In this document: one piece after another, positions 1 to 12,069 of the stretch
How the letters are laid out: each line of letters begins with the position of its first letter
Numbering within the stretch: the stretch's first letter is position 1
Origin: Octopus vulgaris
Taxonomy: Eukaryota
Reading direction: 5' to 3'
Length of the DNA stretch: 64,000 nucleotides
Assembly (NCBI GenBank): GCA_951406725.2
Contig: OX597820.1
Location: 106,578,001 to 106,642,000, forward strand
The notes under the pieces: generated by a model
Databases searched by the model: none
What the model was told of the DNA's origin: nothing
What the model saw: the letters and a program-made list of their open reading frames with translations, nothing else
Program-made: the position numbers and the translations under genes

Positions 1-121
1 TGTGTGTGTGTGTGTGTGTGCGTGTGCGCATGCATGCCTGTGCACATGAACAAAGGTATGCATACATCTTTATTGGAAACTTAGAATACTTTGAAAAATT
101 GCAAAATGGAAATAAACTCAC

Positions 122-297
122 CTGAAGGACAGTGCTTTCATGTGGAGGCAAACACCCAAAACTCCAAACATCAACTGCTATATTGTTTTCTATTTTTTCT
201 TCTATTGCAGTGAAACATTTGCTTCCTTCTTTTGCAAGGCAAGAATTATTGACGACAGCTCCTGCACAAGGATTGCAGAAACACAATAATGAATCCA
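122..297 (-). CDS. BMPR1: Exon 2 of a type I BMP receptor (ALK3/6, BMPR1/thickveins-like): Cys-rich activin-receptor-type ectodomain
   Basis: Minus strand has the acceptor atttcatttcctttttcag| before 297 and the donor CAG|gtgagt after 122. The exon is 176 nt, phase 1 to 0, and open: (V)DSLLCFCNPCAGAVVNNSCLAKEGSKCFTAIEEKIENNIAVDVWSFGCLPPHESTVLQ. The Cys spacing and the C-F-x-A, GCLPP-x-E and LQ(C) motifs match my recollection of Tkv/BMPR1A ectodomains. The type I receptor call is secure; the ALK3/6 subtype is likely. Confidence 0.88.
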
Positions 298-771
298 CTG
301 AAAAAGGAAATGAAATACAAATTTATAAAGGCATAAATAAATACTTGTAATAGACAAGACTTCTTTTAATACATTGTAAGTTACAACCATTATCAAGACC
401 ATGCTGGGAAAGATGAGGATGATTCCTTTAACCATTTTGTTACCATATTTCTATTGAAATATACCCTGTATTTTTCAATTGATTTAAGAAATAATGAATA
501 ATATAGTAAAATAGCTTTACTGTTATTAAGCAGATGATTGGAGCCAGATAGATCTGGATGAAAAGAGGTAATTGGTGGGGTCAGTAGAATACTGTTTAGT
601 ATTGATTAACATGGGTCAGGATCAATTGGATGAGGATGTATGTTGAAAGACCCAAAACACCCAGTGACTCTAGGATGCAACACTGACAATGTGTCCAAGC
701 ACTGTTTCTGTATGTGTATACTGAACTTAAATTGCAACCCTTATTGAGATGACATTTTGGGTCTCTATTCT

Positions 772-980
772 TTTAACCCTTTTGTAACCACATTGTTGAA
801 ATATACTTTTTATTTCGATTCATTCCAAAAATAATGAAAAATGTAGTAAAATAACTGTTGTTATTAAGCTCATGTTTGGATCAAAAATTAACATGAAATT
901 TTGACTTGGATCACTTTAAAACAGAAAGCTTGTACCACAGAACCAAAAGCAGTCTTGGGCAGAATAGGATCAAAGATTAA
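772..980. mobile_element. TTAA-flanked ~230 bp MITE (piggyBac-type ends), abundant family
   Basis: Starts ttaacccttttg and ends aaagattaa. The shared body gtaaaataac..ttattaagct..aaacagaaag recurs at about 428, 2761, 16530, 18370, 24393, 25377, 35477, 39330 and 40216. Confidence 0.6.
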
Positions 981-1488
981 AAATTTTATTTTTTTTTAAA
1001 TTCTGATTTATTTTTGCATGATACTTGCCCAATTGTCTTAATGTCTTATTAGGAGATTAATTACTAAGATATCTATATCTATAAAAGGAAAGTGTGAATA
1101 GCTGAGCTTAAAGAACTTTGAAAAACAAACAAGGTGTCAGAAGATTGTATTCTGTTGTTAATACTGTAGTGTGTCCATGGCCAACACACTTGCCTAACTC
1201 TCAAATGGTTCAGTATATCCATGTAAAACTGGTAAGTATTGACTTGCAATGCTAAATTCAATTCTTGTTGTGGGGAAAGGTTACTAAGATAAACTGATCT
1301 ATCCAAGGAAAGATTTTTCTGATCCCACTTCTGATCCTACAGTAATCAGAGATAAACCTAAAAAAATTGTATGCATGACCCTGAACTAACATACACACAC
1401 ACACCACACTACACCACATGCATGCACACACACACACAAGGAAGACTATTACTGACTATTAATAACATTGTGCACTCAAAACAAATTC

Positions 1489-1978
1489 ATACTTGTGGCT
1501 CCATTGGTGACTAATGACCCCAGCCCTTGATAAATGTATATGTCCACAGATATTGCAGACAAAGCTTCCCCCATTCACTACACTGGCAGTGCATTTTCGA
1601 GCAGCTTGCTTAAATTCGGCATGAAAAATGCATATTTCTTTTTAATACCCATTCCTTCCTTTACTTGTTTGCTCCATTGATAGCAATGACAAACAGTGCT
1701 TTCCCAATTGACCTCCCAAATTTCACATACTTTAAACAATCCTTAAACTGTAGCCTTGGTTTCTGCTGGTAGTGCTTTCCACAGAAAAATTTGTCATATA
1801 GTATCTGCTTAGGGATCCTCCAATCATGTATCCAAACAATGTAAACAGTGCTTGTGCACCATCACCTCAATTCTTAGGATGTGGGCTCCTCTCAAGACCT
1901 CTGTGTCTCAGACATCTCTGATGGAAGTGTTCAAGGACACCTACATGATGCCTGTAAAGGGTTTATGTCTCACATAAG
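1489..1978 (-). mobile_element. Degenerate RTE-clade LINE, ORF2 C-terminus
   Basis: Frameshifted minus-strand peptides RIPKQILY, KPRLQFKDCLK, QWSKQVKEG and a terminal zinc finger FVCNICGHIHLSRAGVISHQWSH, typical of RTE ORF2 ends. Confidence 0.7.
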
Positions 1979-2760
1979 TAAATGAATAATGTCAATGTCA
2001 AGGTGGTGATCCAGCATGGCTGCAGTCTAATGACAAACAAGTAAAAGATAAAAGATATACACAGTACATAGCAACTTTTATTTGCCTTGTAATGCCATGT
2101 TGGGACCAGACATCAGTTGTTTCATTATGATGAACATTATTAAATGTATAATTACATAATTGCAATACATAATTAATTTAAATCAAATTTAAGTTAAACT
2201 GAGTTTAAAAGGCTAACATATCATTGTTGATGATTTGGGTAAATACAGTGTTTAAGCTAATTCAAAATAATTTTGTGTCAAAATTATGTAATGACACAGT
2301 TAATGATGTTTATTTTAATGAAACAACTGTTGCTTTACTACTTTTATTTGAAATATGTTGCTCTTAAAGATTATTTTAGCCAATTATGCAGATGCATGCA
2401 AGTCAGTTCCACTTGGATTCACTGTAATAAAATGCCAAAGTTTAACAAGCTCTTAATTATCATGGATTTACCTTTTTATGTTTATACAATAATTCTCTAT
2501 ATGAATACATATGCATGCATAAAACAACTTATCAGTTTATTCATATTCATTTATAACCTATTGTAGGTATTTCACAGTATTTAGCTCAGTTTATCTTACT
2601 GTCAATAATGAGTACCCAGTCACTGGAATTGTTAGTTTGAATAGACTAGCACTCCATCCAAGTAAAATTCCTCTCTCATCTGATGTTGATGCCATAAAAC
2701 TAGAGCAGTGTTGTTTGGAGGAAGCTTATAATATAGCAGAGCTATTGAAACTATATCATG

Positions 2761-2992
2761 CTAACACTTTTGATATCAATCTACCTTAGAATACTTTTGG
2801 TTTTATGATACAAACGTCCTGTTTTAAAATAATCTAAATTAAAACTTTCCATCAAAATTCTGTTAATTTATTTTTCAAACATAAGCTTTAAAAATAACAA
2901 AATTGATTCAACTAAATTCTCAGTTATTCTTCCAAGTTATTGGAAACAAAAGACAATGTATTTCAACAGAAATATCGTAACAAAAGAGTTAA
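2761..2992. mobile_element. TTAA MITE copy (opposite orientation to 772-980)
   Basis: ctaacacttttgat...aacaaaagagttaa with the family body tctaaattaaaactttccatcaaaatt. Confidence 0.6.
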
Positions 2993-3374
2993 ATCAAAAC
3001 GACAATACAAAAATAATTAGTTACGCGGCCATTTATCATCATCATTTTTCAGCTGATGATGGGGAAAATCCTGCTCAAGCTTTTCTAGGTTTACAATGTT
3101 AAGTTGATTCTGAAAGTATCGCAAGAGCGATGTCTCTCACAAATTCTAAGATTACTACAAAAGCTGTGCTAGTCTCACTGCAAATTAAATCTTGCAGTTG
3201 ATTAGGACAGTTGTTAAGTCTCACTTGCAATGTCCTCAAATTTCAGTTGCAAAAGGATCATTTTTTAATTCTCACAAATACTACTTAATTACAAAACAAT
3301 ATTTCTGTGATGATTAAGAAAAACATTACATACTTAATTGCTTAGACATATTATTTATAAATAGCTAAACTTTG

Positions 3375-3387
3375 ATGTATATATGTG

Positions 3388-3425
<38 letters not shown>

Positions 3426-3487
3426 TACATACATACATACATACATACATACATACATACATACATACATACATACATACACACACA
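3375..3487. repeat. (CA)n/(CATA)n microsatellite
   Basis: Directly visible tandem CA followed by CATA. Confidence 0.95.
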
Positions 3488-4454
3488 ATTAGTTTTCCAT
3501 ACATTATTATTATTAGATTTTTTTTTCTTGACTAACAGCATGTGATGCACTTAAAAGATTTTACTTACAGCCTGATGTTGCATATTCTAAGATTTCTATT
3601 TATATTTAATTAAAGATAGCTTTCAAAAACACACTGGTAGACCAATATATTTCCATGACAAATAGTCTTAACATTACAAGTTTATTTTTATCACAATCAA
3701 AAATTTTATTACATCTTTTTTTTTTACACCAAAACTGAAAAAAAGAAATTTTGAAAAAAAAACCTAAACTTATTTTTCACACAATCCATCATACTGCTGA
3801 AAATACAACCTAATGCAACAATCTAATGTAACTGAAATATAATGCTATAAGATAAAAATAAATAAAAAGATAGTAGCAGCAGCCATGATGATATCTCATA
3901 TATATATATATACACACACATACATATATATACATACACACACACGGTACATTCTACAGTGTTCTGTATGTTGCGGAGGGGAAAATCAGAAGTGCTTTTC
4001 TCATAATAATTTTTTAACATTTTGACATTTGAGTCTGTTTGAGCAGTGAAGCTTCTAGTTTTTACAAAGTAACCTGTGTTTTCATAAATTTCCACAAAGT
4101 TTGGAGCAAATCTACATTTAGCTTTAAAATGGGAATCTAGAAAATAAATATACACAGATGAGCATCAATTAAAATGAAAATATTGTAAATGATTATTTAA
4201 GAACACTCAATCTTAACTTTTTGTGCACATGAAGGAGTTATTATACTGACCAAATACATGAATCACATACTCTAGCTCCTTTTCAGTTTTGTCAAACTTG
4301 CTCTAAAAACTACATAGTTATTAAATATAAAAATTACGAATAATTATATAAAATAAATACATAATTGTATACAAAGTCTGACTGTTTACAAAAAATCACT
4401 CATCAAATTACAAATCAAAGCCAGAATATTCTAAAATACCCTTAAGAAACACAC

Positions 4455-5025
4455 TCAGGACAAAGGTCTGTTTGAAAATGAAGAGACACCTGCGTTTTCC
4501 AGCTCAACAAATACTTCTACAGTGGCTTTTTGTGAGAAGAGCAAATGCTTTCTTGATGCTTTCCAGCTCAATAACTGTATAGGGTTCAGTGCCAACCAAC
4601 TGGATAGGACCATAGAACACATTTCTGTGACAAGTGTCAATATCATCCCTTCTAGGCCAGCTAAAGGTGTTGATACCAGCAACAACAGATCTATAAAGAA
4701 ACAAACTTAATTATACAACCAGAGACATGTTCCAGGGCCCAGCCAACGTAGAACTGGTGAAGATAGTTAACAGCATATACTGCTCCATGTGCAATGGTGA
4801 TACCATTGGGAGAACCAGGCTCTACATTTCCCTCTGAAAGACCTTTTTCAACTCTTCTGGTTGCTTTTCCAAAGCTTTGGGGCCTCTTGAACACCTCAGT
4901 GTGCATCTCCTTTGTTTCTCTCTTTCTCTCTCTCTGTTGCTTTTTTTCCTCTGCATATTTCCTTCTCTTCCTTTCTCTGTCTTTTTTCTTATGCTCTTCA
5001 AGTTTGATAGGCAGTTACTTCTTTC
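4455..5025 (-). pseudogene. Remnant of the C-terminal part of a DNA-transposon protein (pogo/DDE_1-like)
   Basis: Frameshifted minus-strand peptides: a charged [10 protein letters not shown] region, then [19 protein letters not shown] and LYRSVVAGINTFSWPRRDDID..VFYGPIQLVG. This resembles the C-terminal WP..DD domain seen in transposase-related proteins. The family assignment is inference. Confidence 0.45.
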
Positions 5026-5073
<48 letters not shown>

Positions 5074-5112
5074 CATATACCCATATATGTATATATATAT
5101 ATACATATACCC

Positions 5113-5147
<35 letters not shown>

Positions 5148-5185
5148 ACACATACCCATATATATATATATATATACACACATAC

Positions 5186-5241
<56 letters not shown>

Positions 5242-5271
5242 CCATATATATATATACACACACACACATAC

Positions 5272-5312
<41 letters not shown>

Positions 5313-5317
5313 TACCC

Positions 5318-5352
<35 letters not shown>

Positions 5353-5368
5353 TACCCATATATATATA
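5026..5368. repeat. Compound microsatellite (TA)n(CA)m-CATACCCA
   Basis: Directly visible. Confidence 0.95.
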
Positions 5369-5861
5369 TCTCTAAAGCACCTTCAATCCTTTAATTCGAT
5401 CTTCACCATTCACTATCATTTCTTCTCCAACTCAAAGCGATGTCTACTAGCAAGCTAAGAAGATTTCTCCCTTCTTTTTCATACATACGTACATTTGTCT
5501 ACCGTTTAAATGTTTTGAACTTATAACCACCAATCTGCTTTGCTTTCCTTTCTCTATGCCACCCTAAAAACATCGCCATTCCCGCCCGTTTCTCTAAAGC
5601 ACCTTCAATCCTTTAATTCGATCTTCACCATTCACTATCATTTCTTCTCCGACTCAAAGCGATGTCTACTAGCAAGCTAAGAAGATTTCTCCCTTCTTTT
5701 TCATACATACGTACATTTGTCTACCGTTTAAATGTTTTGAACTTATAACCACCAATCTGCTTTGCTTTCCTTTTTCTTTCTCTATGCCACCCTAAAAACA
5801 TCGCCATTCCCGCCCGTTTCTCTAAAGCACCTTCAATCCTTTAATTCGATCTTCACCATTC
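5369..5861. repeat. Near-identical tandem repeat, 2.2 copies of a 222/228 bp unit
   Basis: tctctaaagcaccttcaatcc starts at 5369, 5591 and 5819. The copies differ by about one substitution and a 6 nt indel. Confidence 0.92.
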
Positions 5862-6558
5862 GCGGTGCGCCCGCCCTTTCCCACCCCCACCACCAATACC
5901 GGTGAACACTGTTCTCACTGTTCACACCATCTACACCGGATATGCCCTCCCTCACCACCATTATGTGTGTCTCTCCCTCCTACCCCTCCTCCTCACATGC
6001 TTTCACTGTGTGTTACCGCCCCCCCACCAAGACAAGCAGCTAGCGCCGCAGCTCATCAACCCCCCCCCACCTATCCTACGTTTCCTCCTGTTTTTGAATC
6101 TGTCACTGCCTCAACCGGCTATCTCCTTCCAGTCCCCTCCCCCACTCGTGAAGTCCTACGTTTTATTTCCTACAAACCTGCATCAACCCTAGCTGTCATC
6201 GTTCCTCACCCCAACCCTCCCCACTGGTGCTTCCCTATATTACCTGCACCCCCAAAAAGCACCATCCGAACGTGACCGATGCCAGCGCCGCCTTGGCTGG
6301 CTTCCGTGCCGCTGGCATGTTAAAAGCTCGAACCGATCGTGATCGATGCCAGACCCACCCTGGCACCTGTGCAGGTGGCACGTAAAAAGCACCCACTCCA
6401 CTCGCGGAGTGGTTGGCGTTAGGAAGGGCATCCAGCCGTAGAAACTCTGCCAGATCAGACTGGAGCCTGGAGCAGCCCCTGGCTTCCCAGACCCCGGTCA
6501 AACCATCCAACCCGTGCTAGCGCGGAAAACAGACGTTAAATGATGATGATGATGATGA
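5862..6558 (+). mobile_element. Young 3' UTR/tail of an RTE-type retroposon with (TGA)n end
   Basis: Ends ggcgttaggaagggcatccagccgtagaaac...gacgttaaatgatgatgat. The same tail is attached to the RTE RT fragment at 32988-34552. CpGs are intact. Confidence 0.75.
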
Positions 6559-6811
6559 TATATATATATATATATATACACACACAAATACCTATATATA
6601 TATATATATACACACACACATACCCATATATATATATATATACACACACACATACCCATATATATATATATACACACACACATACCCATATATATATATA
6701 TACACACACACATACCCATATATATATATACACACACACACATACCCATATATATATATATATACACACACACACATACTCATATATATATATATACACA
6801 CACACACACCC

Positions 6812-6846
<35 letters not shown>

Positions 6847-7042
6847 TACACATATATATATATATATACACACACACATACTCATATATATATATATATA
6901 CACACACACACATATATATATATATATACACACACACATACTCATATATATATATATATACACACACACACATACTCATATATATATACACACACACACA
7001 TACACATATATATATATACACACACACACATACTCATATATA

Positions 7043-7082
<40 letters not shown>

Positions 7083-7158
7083 CACACACACACATACTCA
7101 TATATATATATATACACACACACATACTCATATATATATATATACACACACACACATA

Positions 7159-7202
<44 letters not shown>

Positions 7203-7207
7203 TACTC

Positions 7208-7240
<33 letters not shown>

Positions 7241-7367
7241 TACTCATATATATATATACACACACACACATACCCATATATATATATACACACACACACA
7301 TACCCATATATATATATATACACACACACACATACTCATATATATATATATATACACACACACACCC

Positions 7368-7400
<33 letters not shown>

Positions 7401-7506
7401 TACTCATATATATATATATATACACACACACACATATATATATATATATACACACACACACATACTCATATATATATATATATACACACACACACATACT
7501 CATATA

Positions 7507-7544
<38 letters not shown>

Positions 7545-7564
7545 CACACACACACATACTCATA

Positions 7565-7602
<38 letters not shown>

Positions 7603-7681
7603 CACACACACATACTCATATATATATATATACACACACACATACTCATATATATATATATATACACACACACACATACTC

Positions 7682-7716
<35 letters not shown>

Positions 7717-7717
7717 C

Positions 7718-7752
<35 letters not shown>

Positions 7753-7753
7753 C

Positions 7754-7788
<35 letters not shown>

Positions 7789-7915
7789 CATATATATATA
7801 CACACACACACACTCATATATATATATATATACACACACACTCAGATATATATATATATACACACACACTCATATATATATATATATACACACACACTCA
7901 TATATATATATATAT

Positions 7916-7997
<82 letters not shown>

Positions 7998-7999
7998 CC

Positions 8000-8030
<31 letters not shown>

Positions 8031-8046
8031 TACTCATATATATATA
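6559..8046. repeat. 1.5 kb compound microsatellite (TA)n(CA)m-CATAC(C/T)CA
   Basis: Directly visible. It produces the spurious YI/HT/CV ORFs. Confidence 0.97.
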
Positions 8047-8443
8047 CTAGCAGTATCGCCCGGCGTTGCTCGGGTTGTAAGGGAAATAACTATATAAGCA
8101 TTTTTAGTGAGTTATAGCCAAAAAATAGCAAACAAATGCATTAAAAATTGAAAAAAAATTAAGGTAAATTCTTTTTTTAAATCGTTGACACATCGTAGAT
8201 ATTTTTAGAGAGTTACTTCCCTTATATAAAAGCGAAAAAAAATGCATTAAAATGGAAAAATATGATGGTAAATATTTTTTAAATCGTAGACTCATCGTAG
8301 ACGCGCGCTAATACCCAGAAGGGCTTGATATGAATCACGACTATAAGATACCCGCTTTTGGTTAAACTGCACCGCAAAATGTGGGAGTAGTTACGAATCT
8401 AAATCGTAGGAGACAGACACACAACTTCACTCTTATATAAAGA
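8047..8443 (-). mobile_element. Non-autonomous Helitron
   Basis: Minus strand 5' A|TCTTTATATAAGAG at 8443. The 3' end has the hairpin cccgagcaacgccggg followed by CTAG|T at 8050-8047. Confidence 0.8.
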
Positions 8444-9219
8444 TGCTTTTTTTTTTCAGTCATAGAGTTAGATTTATGAAGGTCTTCAGTAGAAAATCCT
8501 TCGAATTCTGACTCGCTGCTTGATATAATGAAATTCGTATCCATTTTTTGTCAGAATTACAAATTTTGAAAACACAATAGGAACAAATTTCGGAAAAAAA
8601 ATCTCCCATAATTCACGGAATTAAAATTACACTTCGATTTTTGTACAAAACTGTATTTGAAGTGTTTACGAAGTATAATACGTGTTTTCACGAATGTACT
8701 AAAGAGATTTACTCTGATATTCTCATTTAAATATGAATAGGTAAATTCGGGCGGTTTGGTAACGAAAGGGTTTATATAAGTGTCGTCTGTTTATACATAA
8801 ACACTGTTTCATACTTTCAGTTTAGTCTTCCTCAAATCACTCTGTCACTATTTACTCTCTTCCAAGAACATTTTCACTCACTCTTATCTGTTAGCTTGCC
8901 ATACATTTTACTCATGTATCTATCAGCGTGATAGACAGAAACAAATATTACATCTAGTTTCACTTTATTCGTTGCACACTGTGTGTGTGCGTTTGCATGT
9001 GCTGTAAACCAGACTAAGAAAAGCATTTGACATACACACCAGAATGTGAGTTTTCTGTAAATTTTGCTTAATTGGAGTTTAAATTTTAAAAACTGGACCT
9101 GGCAAAACCCGATTCATTCTACTCTTAAAAATGCTAGGTAAATTGTAATTGAAGAAATCCTATATTGTAGATTTCTATAACTGACAAAGGGAGGCAGATA
9201 AAATCTGCCTTTTATAATA

Positions 9220-9224
<5 letters not shown>
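8444..9224 (-). mobile_element. Second Helitron 5' segment, fused to the Helitron at 8047-8443
   Basis: Minus strand 5' A|TCTCTTATTATAAAAGGCAGA at 9224 with the hairpin aggcagattttatctgcct. It has no CTAG end of its own and carries a short acidic ORF, MDTNFIISSSESEFEGFSTEDL. Confidence 0.55.
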
Positions 9225-9256
<32 letters not shown>

Positions 9257-9259
<3 letters not shown>

Positions 9260-10810
9260 TTTTCAGCGTTAAACTGCATATTATTATCCTCAGCCCATCT
9301 GTAAATTGAGTCCAACTCCTGCTGCATATGTGCAACATCACTGGGTTCTGTATTTTCTGCGAGATTTTTGTATCGTCTGCGTAGCTTGCAAGGGTGGCTA
9401 CCTGGGCACTTGAGGGCATATCTGAGAGGGCCACTATAAAAACCAGTGGTCCCAAAACAGTGCCCTGTGGAACACTATTCACTATTTGTATTTTCATAGA
9501 GGTGGCTTCATTAGCTGCTACTGCCTGACGTCTATCTTTCAGAAAGTCATGTAACCACTCTCCAAGTTTTCCAGCTATGCCAAAGTTACGCAGTTTGTGG
9601 CATATCATATCATGGTCCACCTTGTCAAAAGCTTTTACAAAATCAAGGTATATTACGTCCACATTTGAGTTGTTGAGTAACTACCTCAATATCCAGTCAT
9701 AATGTTGTAAGAGTTAGGTCAGGCAGCTCCTACCTGGTCGAAAGCCATGCTGGGTATCACTCAGCAAGTTATTTTCTTCAAGGAATGCGATTAGTTTCCC
9801 TCTGACTATCCATTCCATGACTTTGCTGATGTGTGAAATCAGAGAGATAGGCCTATAGTTTTTGGCATCTGCTCTGCCTCCCCCTTTATGTATTGGGCAT
9901 ATTATTCTCTCCTTCAGCTTGCTTGGCAGTCTGCCATTTGCAAGAAAGCTCTGGAGGAGAATCTTGAGGGGTTTTGCCAGGGCATGCTTACATGATTTGA
10001 GGAGGATTGCTGAGAAACCATCAGGAGCAGCAGTTGAGTTTGTGTCCACTTCATCTATGGCTAGTAGTATATCTTCTTTGCTAATGTCAATGTATTCCAT
10101 CGTAACTGTCTCGCTGGTTAAAGGTGAGGTGGCAAAGAAGTCCACTGGTTCGTTCACTTGTCTGTGTTCGAACGGGGTGGTAAAGACACTTTTGAACTGG
10201 TCATTCAGCATCTCACTGATCTTAGTTGGACTGTCTGTGAGGGAGCCATCCTTTTGGAGGAGGGGTCCTATCTTGTAGTGTACTGAAGCTGTTTTTTTCG
10301 CGTAATGAAAGAAGGCCTTTGGGTTTGACTTAATGTTTTTATAACCCAGGCTTTTTGGCAGCCTTTGTTGCAGCCTTTTTTTCGATCTCCATCAGTGTTG
10401 TTTTTAGGCGGGACATTTCGCTACTTTTGGGATGTTGGCTGAGTCAATTTGCAACCTTCATCCGTCGTTTCATGTGGATCTTCCACTCCCTTGCAATCTT
10501 GTTCTTATTTTGTTTTGGCCTTGTGCTCTGGGACATATTTCTGGCATATGGCTTGCACAAGAGACATGAAACATTCTAGTTTCATGTCAATGTCTGGTGT
10601 GGAGAGAAATTTCGGCCAGTCCTCTCAGAGGATCTCTTTTTGGGTCGATTTCCAGTCTGCGTTGTGGAAATTCAGATTGGAGAGATTTCAGGTGCTTTCT
10701 TTAGGCTGTATGCCTCTGGTTACTTTCGGCACAAACATAGACTGCTCTATTATGTTGTGATCCGAGACTAATGTCGGCATCACTTTCGCATCATGAATGA
10801 TGTCCATATT
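9257..10810 (-). mobile_element. CR1/jockey-group LINE ORF2 fragment (end of the APE domain to RT), frameshifted
   Basis: SDHNII, NYRPISLISHISKVME, QHGFRPGRSCLT, DVIYLDFVKAFDKVDH, VPQGTVLGP and YADD. Confidence 0.92.
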
Positions 10811-11150
10811 GCAACACCCTCGGTTTCAGAGGACCTCAGCTCTTTAATGCCCTGCTAAAACAATTTGAGAGACCTGCAAGACATGGATGTAGAGGTCTTC
10901 AAAACAAAACTTGACACTTTCCTATCCACGATACCAGACGAACCGATGGCTAGAAATGAGACACAGTTGAGGGCAACAATGTCAAATTCTCTTATACACC
11001 AGATGTGCCATGGAGAGTCTTGATTGGACTACATCAGCTGGCAGAGAAGAGCCATGCAAGGAATGTGCAAAGAGTATCACATAAGGAGGGAAAGTCATGG
11101 TGGTACTCCAGCACAACAGCAGCCACTTGGCTGAAACAAATAAAAAAAAT
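10811..11150 (+). mobile_element. 3' end of a CR1-group LINE in the opposite orientation
   Basis: NTLGFRGPQLFNAL..FKTKLDTFLSTIPDEP..RATMSNSLIHQ (ORF2 C-terminus), then a 3' UTR ending ggtactccagcac..ctgaaacaaataaaa. Confidence 0.75.
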
Positions 11151-11365
11151 ATATATATAAGTATATATGAGTATATCTAGATATGGAACTGTATGCATGA
11201 AAATACATACATAAAACAAAGCATACAAATCTGTATATACACATACATACAAACAAAAATACCTTGTTGTTTTTGAAATTCCAATGAAGGAGACTTTGGA
11301 TCTAGGTTAGAAACTGGCTCTTTCTCTATTGGCAAGAAATCTTGAAATAAAACTGAATAATGACA
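11151..11365. repeat. Dispersed repeat, possibly Penelope-like (second copy inverted at 61212-61476)
   Basis: ggctctttctctattggcaagaaatcttgaaataaaactgaataatgaca is the near-exact reverse complement of 61212-61262. The Penelope assignment is inference. Confidence 0.55.
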
Positions 11366-11525
11366 CACACACACCAGATAGGTCTCCTTCAGTTTCCATC
11401 TACCAAATCCACTCACAAGGTTTTTGTCAGTTATAGAAGTAGACACTTGCCCAAAATGACACACAATGGGACTGAACCTGAAACCATGTGCTTGGAAAGA
11501 AAATTTAACCATATGGTCATGCCTG
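11366..11525 (-). mobile_element. tRNA-derived SINE head (CORE-like ttgggcaagtgtc)
   Basis: Matches the head of the young copy at 44014-44440. Confidence 0.75.
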
Positions 11526-12069
11526 TAACTGTCATACAGTTAAAAATTATACACCCTTCCCTAATATATCAGTGAGATTTGAAAACAGATATGACATAAA
11601 TAAATCTGTTTATCTGGCAATGAAAACGTATTAACCTAAGCCATTTCTGCCAGAACAATTTGTCCAGTGCTTCAACAGTTCTTGGTGGAGAAATAATACA
11701 AAAAAGAAAACCCAGAAATGAGAGAGCGGTGGGGGGGATAGACAGACAAACAGAGACTTATAAGTTACAATCAATATTGTTTGATAAAATACTTCAATGT
11801 AACACCCTCCAGCCACTACAGCTGTTAATATACAGCTCTGCCACCACTATACTAGCAACTAACAACAAATAAATGTTTACTTTCTGCTTTAATTTCTATA
11901 TTTGCTTCTAATGAAAGTCAATACTCTGCTATTTAGTTTCATCAAAACAATGGATTTGCTTACAATACAAATTTCCCAGTTATTCATTACATAATGGTAG
12001 TTGATATGAGGTTAGGCACTGAGTTCTAAATGCAGCTAATGACATTTACAATAAAAAACAACAATAATA

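Noticed and set aside
132-435. ORF-track ORFs 132..350(+) and 202..435(-)
   Set aside because: They are the wrong frame or strand over the real receptor exon at 122-297.
6540-8117. 525 aa and other long YI/HT/CV-rich ORFs (also 4794-5458 and 61134-61999)
   Set aside because: They are translations of stop-free TA/CA microsatellites, not genes.
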